Below, piece by piece: positions 39,755 through 50,794 of a stretch of 64,000 nucleotides of DNA (its first letter is position 1; every line of letters begins with the position of its first letter). A program made the position numbers and the translations under genes. This DNA is from Haplodiscus bocki (lineage: Eukaryota): the NCBI GenBank assembly GCA_965655095.1, contig OZ296649.1:29698001-29762000 (forward strand). The letters run 5' to 3'. The notes under the pieces were generated by a model that was not told where the DNA came from, did not search any database, and worked only from the letters and a program-made list of their open reading frames with translations.

Positions 39755-42030
39755 GTTCCGATGATCCATGACCTTGTGGCACCTTTGTACCACAGTTCCC
39801 GTATTTCTTGATGAAGTATACCCCTCAGCTGCCTTCTACAAGCTTTTAGGTTTTAGTCGAGATGCCTCATTGCCGATGTTCATCAAATTTCCATATTTGG
39901 ATTCCTTCATGCCATACCGGCAAGCATACGCACTTCTACCTCCACATAGATCAGCGGCTCAATCAAGTTTTATCAAAATTTGTCTGACAATCGCAACCGC
40001 CGAACATGCAACTGCTGTGCCATTAGTGCAGTTAACCGAAGCAGTTGCGGTTATTTCTGTCGCCTTTGCAAGCCCCGCCCCTAAAACGAGTTGTATGATC
40101 ATTATTGGAACTAAAATGGTGCAAGGACCCATTTCCTTGAGAGAGGGCACTTTGGAACGGACTTATTTTAAAACAATTTTTTCATCACCTGTACAATTGT
40201 ACGCACATCTATACGAACTACTTTTTTTATGCAATTGCAGTGATAATTCAATCCCTTGATGCAAAATAACGACTGGGAATAGGCCTGATATCAAAAAGTA
40301 TGTTTCTTTCTTTTAATTTGTCCCAACACGTTTTCATCACCCTTCTTCGTTCCCAATGAGTAATAGACTAAACGCACATGACTTGTCACATGAGCTCACC
40401 TAAAGCGATTTGCAGTTTTAGAATACCTTCGTATTGAAGTGTTTTTGCAACTCATCCCTTATTTTAGCTGCCAATCGTTGTGCACCAAACTAGACCCGTA
40501 AGCGACTTACCGACAAATATCTTGCTTTCTGGATTTTCTCTACTTATCATACGAGCAGAAAACATCAACACTATAAACATTGCAACGATGTTTGGGTTTT
40601 TCTTCGTCAAGTTGATCCATTTTTGCTGTTTTACGTAATTTTGATGACAAAATCAAACGTTTTAAGACAAATTTTAGCCAACTTTACCTGAAAGAAATGG
40701 CTCCCTCGCATGTGGACGTTGCGCTACGTTGTAGGCCTATTGCATCCGAAAAGATCATCCAATTTGTTCAAATTTTCGTTCAGTAAGGAATCTTCGATGT
40801 ATGGTCCTTCAACCAGCTGAGTGCCCCTTGTATCTTGTATACTCAATTAAAAAGGCACAACGGTGAAGAAGTCGTTGCTATAAAGAAAAATGAAGGAGTT
40901 TGGCCCTGGCAAAACGTTCGGGTCGAGGATAGCGTCTGGTGTGTTTAGTTAAAAAATTTTTGGAACAAAGTAATTCTCAGTTTATAACATTTAGTTTTGG
41001 AACCAGTGCTTGCAAGAATAAGTTCAGTTTGTTTTCTCTCTGAAGATTGTTACCTCATAAACCCCTCGTGTCCTGCTGTTTTCATATAAATTGATTGTCG
41101 TGGTTAAATCCACCGGAGCTTTCCTCCGAGCTCTGCTGACGTCACGTAGTCTTACCAAACGTTACGATTTCTATTCTTTTTCAGTTTTCTGAAGCAGAAT
41201 TGATGAATTTGTTGTTTCAGGTCTTCTGTTCCAGGTGCGTCTTGCGCTGCTGATGCTAATTGTGGATCCGTTTTCTTCCTGTTGGAGCCACAAACCGGTT
41301 ATTTCCTTCGACTGTACCCTCAAACTGAAACCCTTCGCGTCTGCCCAGCTTTCGGTTCCCAGGAGCAGTCTTTCTTTGTGCCGACGTCAACAATCTGGAG
41401 CCCGCCCGATGCGATGACTTCCTTCGCTGTTAATACAGAGCCAATGAATTTCAGATGCGTCTCTTGTCCGCTTCGCCGATCCTTCTTCTAGTTATGCCGT
41501 ATGCTCGGCATTTTGCGACGCTAACCTTTCCTATACGGACCCGATCCGTCTCATGTTTTACCAACTCGACTGTCGACCGTGATTTTGCTGCCTTCTGAAG
41601 GATACCGATAAACTGGATCTCTTTCGAATTACTCTTGGCCCTGAAAGACAGCGCTTTCTCCGCGTCGAGAACAAGTTCCCGGATTTCTTGATAAAGTATA
41701 CACCTCAGCTCTCTTCTACAAGCTTTTAGGTTTCGGCCGAGATGCCTCCTTGCCGAAGCTCAACAAAAATGCATAGTTTGATTCCTTCATGCCATACCGA
41801 TAAGCATCCACACTTCTGCTGTTACATAACTCAACGGCTCAATGGAGTTCTATCAAAATTTGTCCGACAATCGCAGCTGCCGAACATGCAATTGCTGTGC
41901 CCTTAGTGCAGTTAACCGAAGCAATTAAGGTTATTACTGTCGCCTTTGCCAGTCCCGCCCCTAATCTGAGTTGTGTGAACACTATTGGAACTAAAATGGT
42001 GCAAGGACCCATTTCCTTGAAAGAGGGGAC

Positions 42031-42559
42031 TTTGGAACGGACTTATTTCAAAACAATTTTTTCATCACCTGTACATTTGTTCGCACATATATATGAATCA
42101 CTTTTTTTATACAATTGAATTAATAATTCAATCCCTTGATGCAAAATAACGACTGGGAATACGCGCGAAATCAAAAAGTTTATATATTTCTTTTATTTGG
42201 TCCCAACACGTTTTCATGAACTTTTTTCGTTCTCAATGAGTAATAGACTAAGCGCACGTAACTTGTCACGTGACCTCACCTGGATCGCTTTGCAATTTTA
42301 GAATATCTTTATTCAAGTGTTTTCTTTGTATGTCCTCCCTTTTTTTCGTTTCGGCTTTTGGTGCAGCAAACTAGTCGTGAGCCTCACACCGACAAATATC
42401 TTGCTTTCTGCATTTTCTCTATTTATCAGCATCATGTTTGTCTTTTTCCTCATCAACGTAATTCATTTTTGCTCACGTTTTCAGGAAGAAATCTGACGGT
42501 CTGATGACGAATTTCAGCCGAATATACTTAGAACCTATAGCTCCCCACGGTAGCGGACG
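42031..42559 (+). repeat. 5' LTR (also the end of the last array monomer)
   Basis: Homologous to 62079-62636. Homology to monomers stops at ...tagcggacg (42559) and is followed by tggtgac and the leader instead of the flank segment. The 3' half is clearly more diverged. Confidence 0.75.
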
Positions 42560-42569
42560 CTTTTAAGTT

Positions 42570-42587
42570 TGGTGACAGAGTTTGCGA
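42570..42587 (+). promoter_or_regulatory. Candidate primer-binding site TGGTGACAGAGTTTGCGA
   Basis: Begins with TGG (complement of tRNA CCA) 10 nt after the inferred LTR end; cognate tRNA not identified. Confidence 0.55.
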
Positions 42588-43989
42588 ATCCGTTTCAGCC
42601 GGTTTTTTTAATTTTGTTACATTTGCAGTTCCAGGCACTTTTTTCTTGGCTTCTCTGATTTTTCTCTGATGCAAACTGAGTGCTAGAACTCGGAACCGCT
42701 TCTAACTAAACGAAAATAGTCTATGTCATAATTTTTCTGGCGGAGCATCGCCATTTGAGCAGAGCAAATTCACTATCGATTTTCATAACTCAGGCGATTT
42801 CCATCTTCGTACCAAAACTGCTAGATTAGATCAAAGATTAGTTCCAGTTTTTATACTGAGATTTTTTCTTAGATTGTATAGAAGTGCCTGTTTAAATTTG
42901 GTGACTGTCTCCGTGAGGTGGTGTTTTTCGTTCGAAAAGGCATTCCGTACGTTTTTTACTCAATATTTTCCTCTAGCCTCCGGTCCATTCCCGCTCGCCA
43001 TCCCGTGTTATTCTTGTCGGTTTATTCAAGCACAAATTCCACTCGATTTTCAGTTAGGGTCCGGTGCGGGAGTCAATTGGTTTTCTGCACTCCGCACTCC
43101 TCCGACAACATTACGTTACCCATTTCCCTAAATCACTTAATTTGTTACCTTTTGCGTTTCTGTAGTCTCGTTTGCGCGAAAGAACGTCAAGTTTCTCCTT
43201 GGGAGCCGCTGCCTGGATTTACAACTTTTGACTTTGAATGAACGCCTCGACTGTTTTGCCGTCCCATTCTCCCACTGCACTCGCAATTCTGCTCACATCC
43301 GCTCCCCTACGTACCGAGTCGAGGTCAAGTTCCGTAACAATCGCGCCCGCTTCGTGTCGTTAAAAGCTCTGCATTAAACGTCAAAAGCTCCCACCGATTA
43401 CTCGCCTCTCCGTACCCTCCCGTCCCTTCCGCCTCCACTTGATTACGTCGAAGTTTTTTCAGTTTCGGAAAACACACACGCTCCCGCTCAGTTCACATTC
43501 CTATCTCATGACCGTTTCATCGTCGCGCTTCTGTGTATTTGTGTCACCTGTCTTCTCTGTCGGTTTGACTTTCGCGTTGTATCTCCATCTTCAATAGTTA
43601 ACTCGGATGATCGGCACTACTGTCATTCCTCTCATATGGTTGTTTTCCGCCTCATCTCAAATTGCCAGTGGTAGTCTACGAAATCCACAAATCGACGCTT
43701 GTGCTTCGCCTTCTTCCAGCTAGTCTTTTGAGGAAAAACTGTTGATCTTAGCCAACACTTATGCCTCGACCGATCTTCATAAATGTCTGAATGTCTATCG
43801 AAAGGAAACTGTCTTTCCTACTGAGTTCCACGAACATCAACTTTGTGAAGTACTTGACTATATGTTCTTGAAGTTTTGCTAGCTTTTGACTAACCTTGCT
43901 TGTTTAAAACTTCCAAATCTTGACCTTGACTACCCCTGCTCATAACTTCTGCTGCTTTCAATCTCCATGTTTGACAGGTCTTACGAACT

Positions 43990-44830
43990 TGGATGAGATA
44001 CATCACACAATCCGAGGCCGTTTCTACCTTTACCAATTGGCCGGCCTTGAGTCCGGACCCCCGCCCCCATTTCGTTTCTGCGCGCCTCACCGGTGATCCT
44101 CTCGCCTTTTACTGGCCCCTCGACTCTGCCCAAAAAGGCAGTTAGGACCTCAAACGTCTCTTCCAGCAGCAATACAAAACCAAGGCCGGCGTTTTGGAAG
44201 CCCAGTTGAAGTTCCTTCGCCTACTACCACGCCAAGATGTGTCGGCTTTCTACTGGACACTCCTCGACTTTGCGGGAAGGACCCATACCGACGATCCTGT
44301 GCCCAATGAACTCATCACGTTTATCGAGGGGTTGGCCAATTCTGTCGTCCGCTGGGAAGTGCGAAAAGCTGAACCAACTGTGGTTGACGACGAGGTCAGT
44401 TTGTTGCTTGAAAGGCAATCTCAATTGAAATTTTACGGCCAACAGCCTGACACTTCCGCGGCGCTCCCTAACGGATTGGCTGACTCTTCGACGTCTCAAA
44501 GTGAAATTTTTTCCCAGCTGATTTTCTCCATCAAGGAAGAAGTTAAACGAGCTTTAGATGACTGAAGTGGTCCCCGCAAAGAGGCCGTAGTGGTGAACGT
44601 CCCACCAGCAGCCGATCGGAACGTTCTCAGTGCGACAATCAATCGGATCAGGGTGAGCACCGCACTTGGAACCGAAATAAAACTGTAGCCGCACGACCTA
44701 AAAAAATTGAGTCAGTTTCAACAACTCTGGAGCGTTGCCATCCTGAAAATCATGAAACCAAATAATACAAAGCGTTCTTCAATTGTGGACGAGTGGGACC
44801 TTTTGGGGCGTGATTGCTGCAGTCGGTCCC
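43990..44830 (+). pseudogene. gag: gag remnant (capsid-like region and degenerate CCHC knuckles)
   Basis: ...ARLTGDPLAFY...DLKRLFQQQY...EAQLKFLRLLPRQDVSAFYWTLLDFAGR...TFIEGLANSVVRWEVRK (ORF 44194-44565), and ERCHPENH...FNCGRVG at ~44730-44800. Confidence 0.8.
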
Positions 44831-44929
44831 AGCCTTTACACTAGAGCAACTTGCGCATGAGGAAGGCGGCTGCGCAGGGGATCATAATCGTCTCGCCAAT
44901 GAACCAGCGATTCTCAATTCTGTCATGGA

Positions 44930-45300
44930 CAAAAAATGTATCTTCGTGAATCTTGAGGTATGTAACTTGCCATTTAGTAGTTTGCGGTACTAGCGCCAGT
45001 GTGTCGCATTAGCCAATAGGTTTTGAAACGACTTCCTGTGAATTTCCAGAACCAAATTCAACCAGCTAATTACCGACTTTTAACAGCAAATCAAGCTGAA
45101 TTACCTGTCTCGGACGCAGTAATTCTGCCGATATCACTCGCTAGCAGCCGATAACAGCCACAATACTTTTTGTTGTGGTCCTCCGAAGCTGACTCTCTTC
45201 CCGGTTTAGACTTCCTTGGGGACAATCATTGTGATGATCTTTTTTCTAGGATGCAATTTAGATTCCTTAATTGCCAGACAGTTCCTTTTTTCGCAGCCGC
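44930..45300 (+). pseudogene. Aspartic protease remnant
   Basis: ggt act agc gcc agt gtg tcg (GTSASVS, degenerate DTGASVS) at ~44986, and LPGLDFL (the LLGxDFL motif) at ~45197. Confidence 0.7.
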
Positions 45301-45304
45301 AAAG

Positions 45305-46071
45305 CTACTTCGGATCCTCTGACTGAATAAGTCTATGTAATTGCCCGAGAAACCACATTCTTTCGAGCTGGTCATGAGGCTGGGATCCTGGGTGAGCTAC
45401 TCACTTGGAGTTTAGCGGAGAAATCCGGGGGTGTTTTTGAACCTTCACCCGCATATTGCAAGAAACACCAGCTATTGGCCTTCAGTTCTCTTCGTTAGTC
45501 TGCGGTGATGATACCAGCTCGCCTCAATAATCCTCGTGCAGATGTAACATTCTACTAGGGTACTTCGATGGTATGTTTTTCCGTGATTGGATCCGGGGAA
45601 ATGGCGGCAATGACTCGAGTCATCGCAAACCTACCTGACAATCCTCCAGGCCAGGTTCCTGATTGGTACTACGTTAGGGAAGTGTTGAACCACACTCATT
45701 CTTCCATGGATCCCGAACTTCATTCACGGTTTGCGTAGCTCCTTTGAACAATTTCAGACGTTCTCGAATTCGGAATGGGATAATTGTAAGCGCAAGCATG
45801 GTCGGCACAGGATGGACCTTCATCCAGGCTTAAAATCGTTGAAGTTACCCAATCGCCGATTGCTAAGGAATTCCAAAGCGGATTTACATCAAAAGTTTGA
45901 CTAGTTGATAGAACATAATTTTGATAACGCCATGCCACAGTTCTCATAGCTCACCCGCTGTGATGGTTCCGACGAAAAATGGCAAACTCAGATTGGTTCT
46001 CGGTTATCGACAGCTGAACAAGTAGGCTGTCAGTCAATTCCTGCTGCCTGATACCAAGGAGAATTTTTTGA
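45305..46071 (+). pseudogene. pol: pol fragment, first copy (PR-RT linker and RT N-terminus), truncated
   Basis: SSPAVMVPTKNGKLRLVLGYRQLNK (RT SP..LV.KK.G..R..DYR.LN motif) at ~45948-46022; near-identical to 49254-50019; breaks into monomer sequence at 46069-46071. Confidence 0.85.
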
Positions 46072-49000
46072 CAAAATCAAACGTTTTAAGACGAATTTTA
46101 GCCAACTTTACCTGAAACAAGTGGTTCCCTCGAATGTGCACGCTGCGCTACGTTATAGGCCTACTGGATCCGAAAAGATGATCTAATATGGTTAAATCTT
46201 CGTTCAGTAAGGAATCTTAGTTGTATGGTCTTTCAACCAGGTTAGTACCCCTTGTATCTTGTATCCTCAATAAAAAAGCAGAAGGAGGAAGAAGTCGTTT
46301 CTTTAAAGAAATTTGAAGGAGTTTGGCCCTGGCAAAACGTTCGAATGGAGGATAGCGTGTAGTGTGTTGAATTTTTTGAAAAATAATCAAGTAATTCTCC
46401 GTTTATACCATTTAGTTTTGGAACCAGTGCTTTTAACAAAAAGTTCAGTTTGTTCTCTCTCTCTCAAGAAGGTCACCTCGTAACCCCCTCGTGTCCGGTT
46501 GGTTTTGATATAAATTGAAATTCCTGGTTGAATCCACCTTAGCTTTCCTCCGAATTCTCCTGACGTCACGTGGTCTTTCCAAACGTTACGATTTCTACTC
46601 TTTTTTAATTTTCTGACACAGAATTGATGTGTTGTTTCAGGTCTTCTCTTCCAGGTGCATCTTGCGCTGCTGATGCTAATTGTGGATCCGTTTTCTTCCT
46701 GTTGGAGCCACAAAGCGGTTATCTCCTTCGCCTGTACCCTCAAACGGAATTCCTTCGCGTGTGCCCAGCTTTCGGTTCCCGGGAGCAGTCCTTTGTTCCG
46801 ATGTCAACAATCTGGAGCCCGCCGGATCCGATGACTTCATTCGCTGTTAATACAGAGCCAATGAAATTCATATGCGTCTTTTTGTCCGCTTCGCCCATCC
46901 CTCCTCTAGTTATTCCGGATACTCGGCATTTTGCGAGGCTAACCTCTCCTATACCGACGCGATCCGTATCATGTTTTACTGACTCGGCTGTCGACCGTGA
47001 ATTTGCTGCCCTTCTCAAGTATACCGATAAACTGGATTCCTTTCGAGTTACTCTTGGCGCTGACAGAGAGCTCTTTCTCCACCTCGAAAACAAATTCCAC
47101 CGCCTTCAGGAAATTTTGGAGATGACGATGAAAAAACTAGAGGCGAAGGTTATTGACAGCAGCATATTTGAACGGAATGCCAAGGTCCTTACAGCATTTC
47201 TTTCTGATCTCCGACAAGATATTGACATTGAGGGTCTTGAAGCCGATCGTGGCTGAGTTCCGATGATCCATGACCTTGTGGCACCTTTGTACCACAGTTC
47301 CCGTATTTCTTGATGAAGTATACCCCTCAGCTGCCTTCTACAAGCTTTTAGGTTTTAGTCGAGATGCCTCATTGCCGATGTTCATCAAATTTCCATATTT
47401 GGATTCCTTCATGCCATACCGGCAAGCATACGCACTTCTACCTCCACATAGATCAGCGGCTCAATCAAGTTTTATCAAAATTTGTCTGACAATCGCAACC
47501 GCCGAACATGCAACTGCTGTGCCATTAGTGCAGTTAACCGAAGCAGTTGCGGTTATTTCTGTCGCCTTTGCAAGCCCCGCCCCTAAAACGAGTTGTATGA
47601 TCATTATTGGAACTAAAATGGTGCAAGGACCCATTTCCTTGAGAGAGGGCACTTTGGAACGGACTTATTTTAAAACAATTTTTTCATCACCTGTACAATT
47701 GTACGCACATCTATACGAACTACTTTTTTTATGCAATTGCAGTGATAATTCAATCCCTTGATGCAAAATAACGACTGGGAATAGGCCTGATATCAAAAAC
47801 TATGTTTCTTTCTTTTAATTTGTCCCAACACGTTTTCATCACCCTTCTTCGTTCCCAATGAGTAATAGACTAAACGCACATGACTTGTCACATGAGCTCA
47901 CCTAAATCGATTTGCAGTTTTAGAATACCTTCGTATTGAAGTGTTTTTGCAACTCATCCCTTATTTTAGCTGCCAATCGTTGTGCACCAAACTAGACCCG
48001 TAAGCGACTTACCGACAAATATCTTGCTTTCTGGATTTTCTCTACTTATCATACGAGCAGAAAACATCAACACTATAAACATTGCAACGATGTTTGAGTT
48101 TTTCTTCGTCAAGTTGATCCATTTTTGCTGTTTTACGTAATTTTGATGACAAAATCAAACGTTTTAAGACGAATTTTAGCCAACTTTACCTGAAAGAAAT
48201 GGCTCCCTCGCATGTGGACGTTGCGCTACGTTGTAGGCCTATTGCATCCGAAAAGATCATCTAATTTGTTCAAATTTTCGTTCAGTAAGGAATCTTCGAT
48301 GTATGGTCCTTCAACCAGCTGAGTGCCCCTTGTATCTTGTTTACTCAATTTAAAAGGCACAACGGTGAAGAAGTCGTTGCTATAAAGAAAAATGAAGGAG
48401 TTTGGCCCTGGCAAAACGTTCGGGTCGAGGATAGCGTCTGGTGTGTTTAGTTAAAAAATTTTTGGAACAAAGTAATTCTCAGTTTATAACATTTAGTTTT
48501 GGAACCAGTGCTTGCAAGAATAAGTTCAGTTTGTTTTCTCTCTGAAGATTGTTACCTCATAAACCCCTCGTGTCCTGCTGTTTTCATATAAATTGATTGT
48601 CGTGGTTAAATCCACCGGAGCTTTCCTCCGAGCTCTGCTGACGTCACGTAGTCTTACCAAACGTTACGATTTCTATTCTTTTTCAGTTTTCTGAAGCAGA
48701 ATTGATGAATTTGTTGTTTCAGGTCTTCTGTTCCAGGTGCGTCTTGCGCTGCTGATGCTAATTGTGGATCCGTTTTCTTCCTGTTGGAGCCACAAACCGG
48801 TTATTTCCTTCGACTGTACCCTCAAACTGAAACCCTTCGCGTCTGCCCAGCTTTCGGTTCCCAGGAGCAGTCTTTCTTTGTGCCGACGTCAACAATCTGG
48901 AGCCCGCCCGATGCGATGACTTCCTTCGCTGTTAATACAGAGCCAATGAATTTCAGATGCGTCTCTTGTCCGCTTCGCCGATCCTTCTTCTAGTTATGCC

Positions 49001-49117
49001 GTATGCTCGGCATTTTGCGACGCTAACCTTTCCTATACGGACCCGATCCGTCTCATGTTTTACCAACTCGACTGTCGACCGTGATTTTGCTGCCTTCTGA
49101 AGGATACCGATAAACTG
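46069..49117 (+). repeat. Second block of ~1.5 satellite monomers inside the retroelement
   Basis: Mostly matches 39.0-41.6 kb at offset 7502 (39768/47270, 41235/48737, 41282/48784). The first ~400 bp match the 30.3-30.7-kb variant (ORF 46242 = ORF 30506). Confidence 0.95.
46624..47256 (+). CDS. Uninterrupted copy of the accessory ORF
   Basis: 210-codon frame, near-identical to 39128-39754. Confidence 0.4.
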   Translation: MMCCFRSSLPGASCAADANCGSVFFLLEPQSGYLLRLYPQTEFLRVCPAFGSREQSFVPMSTIWSPPDPMTSFAVNTEPMKFICVFLSASPIPPLVIPDTRHFARLTSPIPTRSVSCFTDSAVDREFAALLKYTDKLDSFRVTLGADRELFLHLENKFHRLQEILEMTMKKLEAKVIDSSIFERNAKVLTAFLSDLRQDIDIEGLEADRG

Positions 49118-49255
49118 TATAGAAGTGCCTGTTTAAATTTGGTGACTGTCTCCGTGAGATGGTGTTTTTCGTTCGAAAAGGCATTCCGTACGTTTTCTAC
49201 TCAATATTTTCCTCTAGCCTCCGGTCCCGTCCCGCTCGCCATCCCGTGTTATTCT
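49116..49255 (+). repeat. Duplicated leader fragment (copy of 42875-43014)
   Basis: tgtatagaagtgcctgtttaaatttggtgac...cccgtgttattct, constant offset 6241. Confidence 0.92.
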
Positions 49256-50645
49256 ACTTCGGATCCTCTGACTGAATAAGTCTATGTAATTGCCCGAGAA
49301 ACCACATTCTTTCGAGCTGGTCATGGGGCTGGGATCCTGGGTGAGCTACTCACTTGGAGTTTAGCGGAGAAATCCGGGGTTGTTTTTGAACCTTCACCCG
49401 CATATTGCAAGAAACACCAGCTATTGGCCTTCAGTTCTCTTCGTTAGTCTGCGGTGATGATACCAGCTCGCCTCAATAATCCTCGTGCAGATGTAACATT
49501 CTACTAGGGTACTTCGATGGTATGTTTTTCCGTGATTGGATCCGGGGAAATGGCGGCAATGACTCGAGTCATCGCAAACCTACCTGACAATCCTCCAGGC
49601 CAGGTTCCTGATTGGTACTACGTTAGGGAAGTGTTGAACCACACTCATTCTTCCATGGATCCCGAACTTCATTCACGGTTTGCGCAGCTCCTTTGAACAA
49701 TTTCAGACGTTCTCGAATTCGGAATGGGATAATTGTAAGTGCAAGCATGGTCGGCACAGGATGGACCTTCATCCAGGCTTAAAATCGTTGAAGTTACCCA
49801 ATCGCCGATTGCTAAGGAATTCCAAAGCGGATTTACATCAAAAGTTTGACTAGTTGATAGAACATAATTTGATAACGCCATGCCACAGTTCTCATAGCTC
49901 ACCCGCTGTGATGGTTCCGACGAAAAATGGCAAACTCAGATTGGTTCTCGGTTATCGACAGCTGAACAAGTAGGCTGTCATTCAATTCCTGCTGCCTGAT
50001 ACCAAGGAGAATTTTTTGATACTTTGGATGGAAGTTGTTTCTTATCAACGAATTACATGCCATAGGGATTCTGTCGGCCCCCGTAAGAGAGAGTGGTCAA
50101 AAATAAAGAGCGTTCAGTTGTTTGTTCGATTCCTTCGAGTAGCTCGTTATGCCAATGGGTCTCAAGTGCAGTCCTCCCGTTTTCCCATCTCTGATGAAAA
50201 AAGTCCTAGTTGGCCTTACGTGGAAAAGCACAATTCCCCACCTACACTGTTGCCTTATATTCTCTCGTTTGGCTGAGGAACACATTGAAAGACTTCTCAA
50301 CGCTTCAAAGACGACCTTGAAAATCAATCCGCCTGAATAGGAGTTTTTGAGAGATTATCTGCCCTTGTTGGTCACATTGTCAGGCGAGATGGAATTACGG
50401 CTGATCTAGCTGTAACATCAGCTGGCGATAGTGTCCGGAAGCGGAAACGCTTACTGAGGTTAGAATTTTCGTACTCTGCTCATACTACCAACGTTGCATT
50501 CGCGTTTTTCTAGCCATTGCTCGACCTCTTCATTAGCTCACGGACAAAATGAAAGGTTTCCGCTTGAGCCCGGAAGCCTAACTGGCTTTGGAACAATTGA
50601 AAGATTGCCTCACCTCGCCACCTATTTTACCCTAACCTTCCATGA
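49254..50645 (+). pseudogene. pol: pol, second copy: Gypsy reverse transcriptase remnant
   Basis: GKLRLVLGYRQLNK, EIFDTLDGS, MPMGLKCSPPVFPSLMKKVLVGLTWK (YxDD position degenerate), LVGHIVRRDGITAD, IARPLH, LKDCLTSPPIL. Confidence 0.92.
50637..50645. repeat. Target-site duplication CTTCCATGA (left)
   Basis: The same 9-mer occurs at 56037-56045. Removing the insert rejoins ...TSPPIL..PSM-KEPFIVFYDAS of pol. Confidence 0.9.
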
Positions 50646-50794
50646 TATATATCCTTCAAGTCCCAAGTAGTTGCGCGATAGTTTCATCAGACGGAATTTT
50701 CGACTGTTTTTGTAGTTGGCAGGTTGTGGAGTTGGTCGTTGTTTAAGTGCTCGAGGATTTGGGAATCTTCTATGATTGTGATCAATTCTGTGAT

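Larger units (their letters stand above)
33180..41010 (+). repeat. Two-monomer higher-order repeat, 4156-bp period
   Basis: Identical ORFs at offset 4156: 33238/37394, 33730/37886, 34403/38559, 34972/39128, 35612/39768. Boundaries are approximate. Confidence 0.9.
1..42559 (+). repeat. Tandem macrosatellite array, ~21 monomers of ~2.0-2.09 kb derived from the 3' end of an LTR element
   Basis: The anchor gcg(c/a)tacgtt recurs at 16, 2101, 4172, 6171, 8164, 10156, 12157, 14158, 16159, 18160, 20161, 22170, 24256, 26334, 28414, 30412, 32412, 34496, 36568, 38652 and 40724 (periods 1992-2086 bp). The same ORF set repeats with that period. Confidence 0.98.

Noticed and set aside
42020-42031. Target-site duplication of the Gypsy element
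   Set aside because: The 5' LTR is preceded by monomer PPT sequence, so the original left flank is not in this window.
1-42559. CRISPR array, rDNA or tandem host gene cluster
   Set aside because: The units are ~2 kb with no repeat-spacer structure and no rRNA or histone motifs; they are explained by retroelement 3' sequence plus flank.
1-42559. Array of complete miniature LTR elements (TRIM-like tandem)
   Set aside because: No PBS follows the monomer LTRs (flank sequence follows instead) and the TG terminus is lost, so the units lack the cis signals for retrotransposition.
42874-43241. ORFs in the leader region
   Set aside because: No motif support; they lie in the pyrimidine-rich leader between the PBS and gag.
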